Below are positions 58,364-64,000 of a DNA stretch of 64,000 nt, piece by piece. The notes under the pieces are model-generated. The model saw nothing but the letters and a program-made list of their open reading frames with translations. It was not told the DNA's origin and made no database searches. The position numbers and the translations under genes were made by a program. The stretch lies in contig CM120646.1 of the NCBI GenBank assembly GCA_051362555.1, positions 496,001 to 560,000 of the forward strand, in the 5' to 3' direction. The stretch's first letter is position 1; each line of letters starts with the position of its first letter. This DNA is from Lingula anatina. Lineage: Eukaryota > Animalia > Brachiopoda.

Positions 58364-61300
58364 GTATATATATATATATATATATTGCTTATTGAAAAAA
58401 TGCAATGTGTCTTTCCTATTTTATCTACCATGGAGGTTATTGGGCAATAGAGAAGCGAGAGCTCCTCCTCTAGATAAGCATTATATTAAATAAATTTCAT
58501 GTTTGGAATAGTAATATTTTAACATATATATAGTAATAAATTCAGCTGAATTGTGATAACACAAGGGTTCCATAGATTACAGGCGAAGGGTATAAATTTA
58601 TGTTTAAAATTCAAAATTGATGTCGAAAACTAATTCATATTTGCAATCATAGTTGCAAAAGTAAGTGAAATGTAATGTTACAGGTAAACATTGTTTTGTT
58701 GGAATGTACCTCATGAACTTGTTCCTGTACTGACTGTAAACTACGTGACATCAGAGTAAAAAGAAAAAAGGTCAAGTTTATGTGGTTAGTGTTTAGAACT
58801 TTGGACTCTTTTAGGGGTTACATGATGATACAATCCCAAAGAATTTAAACGAAGAAACTCCAAGTGAAGAAAATACCCCCACAGCTGCAGTTAGTACCGT
58901 AGGCCAAACACCTGAAAATGAGGTATAATTATGACTTTTAAGAAGTCATGTCCTACTGGTGACATGGTGTTTTATTTAGGAATAATTTTTCAGCAAAAAT
59001 ATTGTTTGAATTTATCATTAAGATTTTTTGTGATAATGCTGCTGGGTAAATCCATAACCTAAAGAGAATAGACATTCCCATTTCTTTAAGTTATCAAATC
59101 ATTAAAACGCTATATTTCAAGATACATATTATATATATATTGTAGAACATGTTCCATGATTTATATGTTATAGCCTCCTGGTGGTGATGCTGGCAGTGAT
59201 ACAGGACTTAAGCTGACTCAAAATGTACCACAAACACTGCAAATCCCTGAAAACTGCTGTGCAGAATGTACTGCCAGACAGGAAGCAGAAAGAAGAAATG
59301 GAGAATGCCATTGTAATGGAATGCAACAACTATCCACTAACCCTAAACGTGACTTCAAGAAGTACATTGAAGGTTTGTAATTGTAACTTGCCAACTTTTA
59401 TAGTATGTCAAAGAGTCGTCATTTATGTATTGCATTTCTTATTTTGGTGCTTGTACTAAGCAAAGACTCGCTGACAGTTCGATGACTGTGTGACGTCTTA
59501 TAACTAGTTTATAAGTTATCATATCTTTACCAGCCAAATTATAATAATTTTATCAACTTTCATTTTGCGTGTATATGTAGTCGTTTACATCTAAAAGTGG
59601 CAAGTTTAAACATAATTAAGTGTCAAATATTGCTTTTGTCTTTTTTCTGATAGGTTTGTGCATTCTTTTACTTGTAGATGGTAACAAGGAGTTAGAGAAT
59701 CGGAACCGGAAGGCCCTTAGGGAAAATCTTTGTTATTTGATATGTTATCTGCAACCCGTTATTGATGAGGTGGCACTTTATATGTTCAGCCACTTGGTTC
59801 TGTCTGATCGCCAAAGAGAAAAGATTGCAAGTAAAACCACTGAGACGGACAAATGTGAGCATTTAGTGACAAATGTCCTGTTACACTCCAGCGAGAAAGC
59901 ATTCTGGGTCTTTATACAGGCATTAGAAGACAACAACTGCGAGTTCATTGTTGACCAGTTACTTGGTAAGGTTCTTTATAATCTCATTAATTGCTTTTTA
60001 GCAGAGTTCTCTAGAAAAAAACATTGACCTAAACCAGAGGGGGCTTATTAACAGAGAACTTGCTCATAGTTGGTAATTTTATCCACAGTTTCAGTGTCCT
60101 GCAGATGATTTTTACCACCCTTAGGTAGTTTTTGAATTAATAAACAAAATTACATGAGTCGAATTCTGAACAACAGGTTGTTTGCCATTGATAAAGATCC
60201 AGTTAACATTACCATATGCCAGAGATGAGCTATCGTCTTTTTATAGATAAGCATATTTAATCCATCATAATATTTCTTCCATGGTTTTTTAGGAAAACCC
60301 AATGATGTTACTGGACATATTAGGGCTATAGTTGGTATTCTGGAAGAAAGGAAAACATCAGAAGATGCTCAAATAGTATCACACACTGTTGATGAATACA
60401 TATTTAATAACCCTGACATAAGCAGACAGATGGTAGACTCCATACGAAACGCCTTGGCAGAATGGAACTTGATGGTCACTGGTTTATCGAGAGGATCCAT
60501 TTTGATAAATATGAAGTTTTACACTGTCGAACAATTAGATGCATTCTGGATGTGGGTTAAAAGTCGGCGACCTTCACCTTTATCAACGTCCTTGACCGAG
60601 GTCATTCTGACTGAGGAAATTCGAAGTATGGTTCCAGAAAATCTTGTCTTATCTTTGAGTACAAACATGGGTCTGGATGAGTATTTGAAGAAGAGGCGTA
60701 GATTACTTCATGGTAAGTGTCCAGTATGCATAATTCAACAGCCAAAAGTAAAGTTCTCCCATCTGCATTAATTGGAACTTCTATTTTTCAATTTTTTGTA
60801 ATGTCAATTTTGATATTTTAGTAGTTTTTACTTCTGATACCAGTCACTTTCTCGTACGGAAGTCACTAACACAAGTTAGCTGGTGCTCCCAGAGAACATT
60901 GAACTAAAATAATGGCTTTTCAATATAAATGAAAAAAGGCATTCATTATATTCAATACTGAGAATAAAATAGATGGTGAATAGTAAAAGTACAACGTGGG
61001 ATATTAGAATCCACGGTATTATTTTAGGTGATCTGCCGATGACGTCAGATGACTTAAACTTTGGTAAACGCCCACTGAAAGAGCACAATCAAAGCTTGTC
61101 GTGGCTAGACATTACCGGCGAAATGAAAATGGAAGTTAATCCAAAACTTCTTCTTGAGTGGGCATATGAGAGTGGATATTATGACCCCCTTCCTTTGCTC
61201 ACTGTGAAGTTTCCACAGACTTTTACTGGCTATGACGAGAAAGATTTCAGAATAGAAAGACTCCACAAACTTATAACATACAAAAATGGTCAAATATCAC

Positions 61301-64000
61301 AGTTGATTACAAAATTGTCAAAAACAGAGCATAAGTTGAAAAAAGCAGAAGATGCATTGGTTAATATAATGAATCAACATCAAGATTCATTAATTACATA
61401 TAAAGTCCAGCAGCATCGTGTTGCAGAAGAAGACCACCATAACATAGACAACAAACCAGAACTTGGGGCTCATCGGATAGGGCCAGATTCGCAAATAGCA
61501 CCGCCAATGAATGCTCCCAATGGTGAGGTCAACAATGATAAGGGTGACACTCGGAAAAATATTATTGTTGATGTGGAGGAGCTAAAAGAGATTGAATCAC
61601 TCGCAAGTGGAGGACACACAGAGCCAGTGTGTGGTAGTAAGGTGGATGATAAAATACGTCCATGGATAGAGTCAGATACGCAACTCCCAATGGGAAGCAC
61701 AGGTGGATACAACACTGATAAAGATGGTGTTCAGAAAAATGCCAGTGTTGATCTGGACCAGGCAAAAGAGAGTGACTCACAAGCAAGTGGTAGACACTCA
61801 GCGCCAGTGTATGATGATAGTAAGGGCCCGTTCATATGAAAAATCTATTTTCTAAAAATCAATTTTCTATTCGCTGTATCTTGTGATCACGGTCTGTGCC
61901 CTAAAATACCTCACAGTGTAATTACTGGCAGCGCGACCCAGTTACTTCCAAAGCTGTAATTAATTCTCGGCTGCACTCAGAGTAATCACAAGATACCGCG
62001 AATAGAAAATAGATTTTTAGAAAATAGACGTTGAATGTGAATGGTATCTAAGTTGAAGCAGTTTCCCATATTAAACATGGCTTGTTATTCTCGTTCTCTT
62101 TTACAGTAGTATAATACGTGCATAGAGTTTTCATAGTTAACACCAAATCTGCTGCTGTTGACTCAAAGTTTCACAAACATAAATGTTTGGTATGGAATTT
62201 TCTGAAAAATAGGGGACATTTTTTGGGTAATTTTGGCCCTCAGTTTACTATGTTTTATTCCATTTTTGCAAGTGTTGGTTTGTGTACGATGAATTATGTG
62301 CTATATTATTTTAGCATCTGTATATTTTGCTAAACAGGTGATTTCCATGGAGGTCGAGTATACGGAGAGCGGGTTCATGGTTTAAGTACAGTGATTTGTG
62401 TGGATACTTCTGGGAGTATGGAAGGAGAAGCTTTCACTGACATGAAAAATGCAATACACAAGATTCTTGATGGTGAGATACCCGCATAAGATGTTACATA
62501 TGTGGTCTTTATTGTGACACACTGTTTAATGTGTCTTCTTTCTAGAATATATACAGGGTACATTTAAGAACTAATAAACTATTTAAAAACTTTCATAATA
62601 CAATTATTACCTCCGCCAAGAAGGTTATGTTTTTACCCCTGTTTGTTTGTCATCAGCATAACTCAAAAAGTTATGGATGAATTTGGATGGAATTTTTAGT
62701 GTAGGTCAGAAATGAGTTAACTTACAAGTGATTAGTTTTTGGTGCTGATCTGGATCAATAATTAAAAATAAAAAGTTATGGATCAATTTTGATGAAATTT
62801 TCAGGAACTGTCAGAAATGGGCCAAAGAACAGATGATTAGTTTTTGGTGGTAATCTGGATCAATAATCAATCTATAATCAATAACCAATCAAAAATAAAA
62901 AAACAAGTTATGGACTGATTTTGATGAAATTTACAGGAACTGTCAGAAGTGGGCCAAGGAACAGATGATTAGTTTTTGGCAGTGATCCAGATCAATAATC
63001 AATCAATAATCAAAAAAAATAAATCATTATAGAATGAAAATATAGGGGTGGAAAGGCATTGGATGGAGACTTTGCTTCCTTGGCGGAGGTTTGCACTCTC
63101 TGAGTGCTTTTCTAGTCATTCTGTGCACTTACTTTATCTGAAATGTTCATACTAAAAGCTTTGTCTGAAGATGTTTATACATGCATTTAAAATCATATTT
63201 CATTTTTATTGAAATTAATTGGAATTTAAACAAAACCAATAACTGAATTAATAGGAAGATTCCTTATTGTATTGCAGACGCAGAGTACACGCACAATGTG
63301 TATGAATTCAAGGAGTTGATTGGGCTTGTACAGTGCGGGTCAGGGTCAGACGGTCATACTGTTGTGAGTTTAACAGACAACTATAACCAGATAAGAAGGG
63401 CACTAGGTAGGTGCAGGAGAGAACATGGTATTCTGGCATTGCAAGGTTTCCCAAAAATTATTGACTGGTTTGGCAGAATATTTTTTTATCCAATATTCAA
63501 GTTATTTTACCTGTCTCAAAAAATAATTGCTTAGTTGGCTCTACAAGCCTCTCTCCAAAGATTAATCTCATTATATTGCAATTTAAATTTTATATTTACT
63601 TAAGAAAGTGTACAGAGGGCAAACCAACTTTGGGAGGGGTGATTTTATCACTTAGATATCTGGTTAAAACAGGTATAAGTCACTCTGTAAGTACACTTCA
63701 AATATAAGTAATTTATTTTGAGCCTGAATATTTAGCATACAACGATATAATTAATTAAAGTATCATACATGTACCTTAACATATTTTCTCTTAAGTGTGA
63801 GTTTGTGTGTGAGTGCTGTTTCGAACCTTTTTGTATTTTCATATATTTGTGATGTATTGTGTCAATGATAAAAAAGGTTTGTGTATGTGAGAGAGAGAGA
63901 GAGAGAGGACCAAAATTGTCGAATGGCAAGTGCATATTTCTAAATGATAACAAAAGAATTGATATTTATTCCAGATCGTCTGAGTCCAAGCGGAATGAGT
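39733..64000 (+). CDS. Uncharacterised multidomain protein: coiled coil - low-complexity linker - CARD-like death fold - TRADD-N-like domain - coiled coil - VWA (3' incomplete, at least 877 codons)
   Basis: Phase-compatible exons: 39733-39735 (ATG), 44796-45003, 56583-56628, 56771-56820, 57457-57566, 58178-58294, 58815-58922, 59174-59372, 59678-59965 ([11 protein letters not shown]...[14 protein letters not shown]...LV..LL...AFWVFIQAL), 60293-60712 ([14 protein letters not shown]...L.E...EY), 61028-61819, 62338-62472 ([15 protein letters not shown]), 63278-63406 ([12 protein letters not shown]), 63975-64000. The 5'-most exons are the least certain. Confidence 0.75.
40730..40868. repeat. Degenerate tandem repeat (GCTGCATCAACATGTCTTTTCCTGCTT...) split by the nested element; continues at 44124-44210
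   Basis: The same unit is seen on both sides of the 40869-44123 insertion. Confidence 0.7.
40869..44123. mobile_element. Non-autonomous Tc1/mariner-pogo-type element (TA TSD) nested in the piggyBac
   Basis: TA|CGGTAAAGTGCCATGAATTTCGAAC ... GTTCGAAATTCATGGCACATTACCG|TA. Repeated subterminal TGAATTTCG motifs. No transposase ORF. Confidence 0.8.
45812..50701 (+). pseudogene. Frameshifted gag-pol of copy 1
   Basis: Gag 45812-~46600 with CPLC..H....C knuckle, protease IDSGA, RT ([21 protein letters not shown]), RNase H (VTDGA, CEIEAL, LTDSK), integrase (H..H..CHHC; ADV, RTD, AERAVQE). Frame breaks near 46445, 46590, 48460 (poly-C) and 49715. Confidence 0.9.
51264..53474 (+). pseudogene. gag-PR-partial RT of copy 2 (truncated by a 2714-bp internal deletion)
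   Basis: Near-identical to copy 1 up to ...AACACTGCAAA, then jumps to the 3' UTR (GGGCCAGAATAATG). Confidence 0.9.
53998..56460. mobile_element. Possible decayed DNA transposon with imperfect inverted ends
   Basis: TGTCCGGG (54007) / CCCGGACA (56443-56450), and GAGGTGGGGTTAAAAT (54085) / ATTTTAACCCCACCTC (56378). The ends are richer in CpG than the interior. Confidence 0.45.
58306..58384. repeat. (TA)n microsatellite
   Basis: Direct reading. Confidence 0.9.
61824..62048. mobile_element. PIF/Harbinger (Tourist)-like MITE inserted in a splice donor
   Basis: TAA flanks at 61821-61823 and 62049-62051. Long inverted arms TCTATTTTCTAAAAATC.ATTTTCTATTCGC.GTATCTTGTGAT.AC. Confidence 0.7.
62604..63116 (+). 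mobile_element. Helentron-associated non-autonomous element (HINE/DINE-1-like)
   Basis: Subterminal inverted repeat ACCTCCGCCAAG / CTTGGCGGAGGT. GTTT microsatellite after the 5' end, internal tandem repeats, 3' hairpin GCACTC-TCT-GAGTGC and CTAG terminus. Confidence 0.8.
63509..63870 (+). repeat. Dispersed ~360-bp intronic repeat, copy 2
   Basis: Homologous to 35134-35495. Confidence 0.7.

Overview
AT-rich, intron-containing animal genomic DNA, probably a marine invertebrate such as a mollusc or other lophotrochozoan (inference). I reconstructed six spliced genes by hand with consistent GT-AG phases: the heme transporter HRG1/SLC48A1 (+), DCAF8 (-), hormone-sensitive lipase LIPE (+), MRPL17 (-), an archaemetzincin AMZ-like protease (+), and a large unnamed gene (+, 39733 to beyond 64000). 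The unnamed gene encodes coiled-coil, CARD-like, TRADD-N-like and VWA regions. Its first two introns hold nested transposons. One is a piggyBac derivative containing a TA-flanked element. The other is a CACTA-ended MITE containing a tandem Ty3/Gypsy array (LTR-internal-LTR-deleted internal-LTR) with short CG...CG-ended LTRs, an LADD RT motif and a dUTPase-like insert. Many MITEs are present (Kolobok-, Merlin-, Harbinger-, hAT- and Helentron-like). The most striking recurrent pattern is tandem duplication of exon boundaries: splice acceptors in LIPE (twice), DCAF8 and AMZ, a splice donor in the CARD-VWA gene, and the LIPE stop codon.
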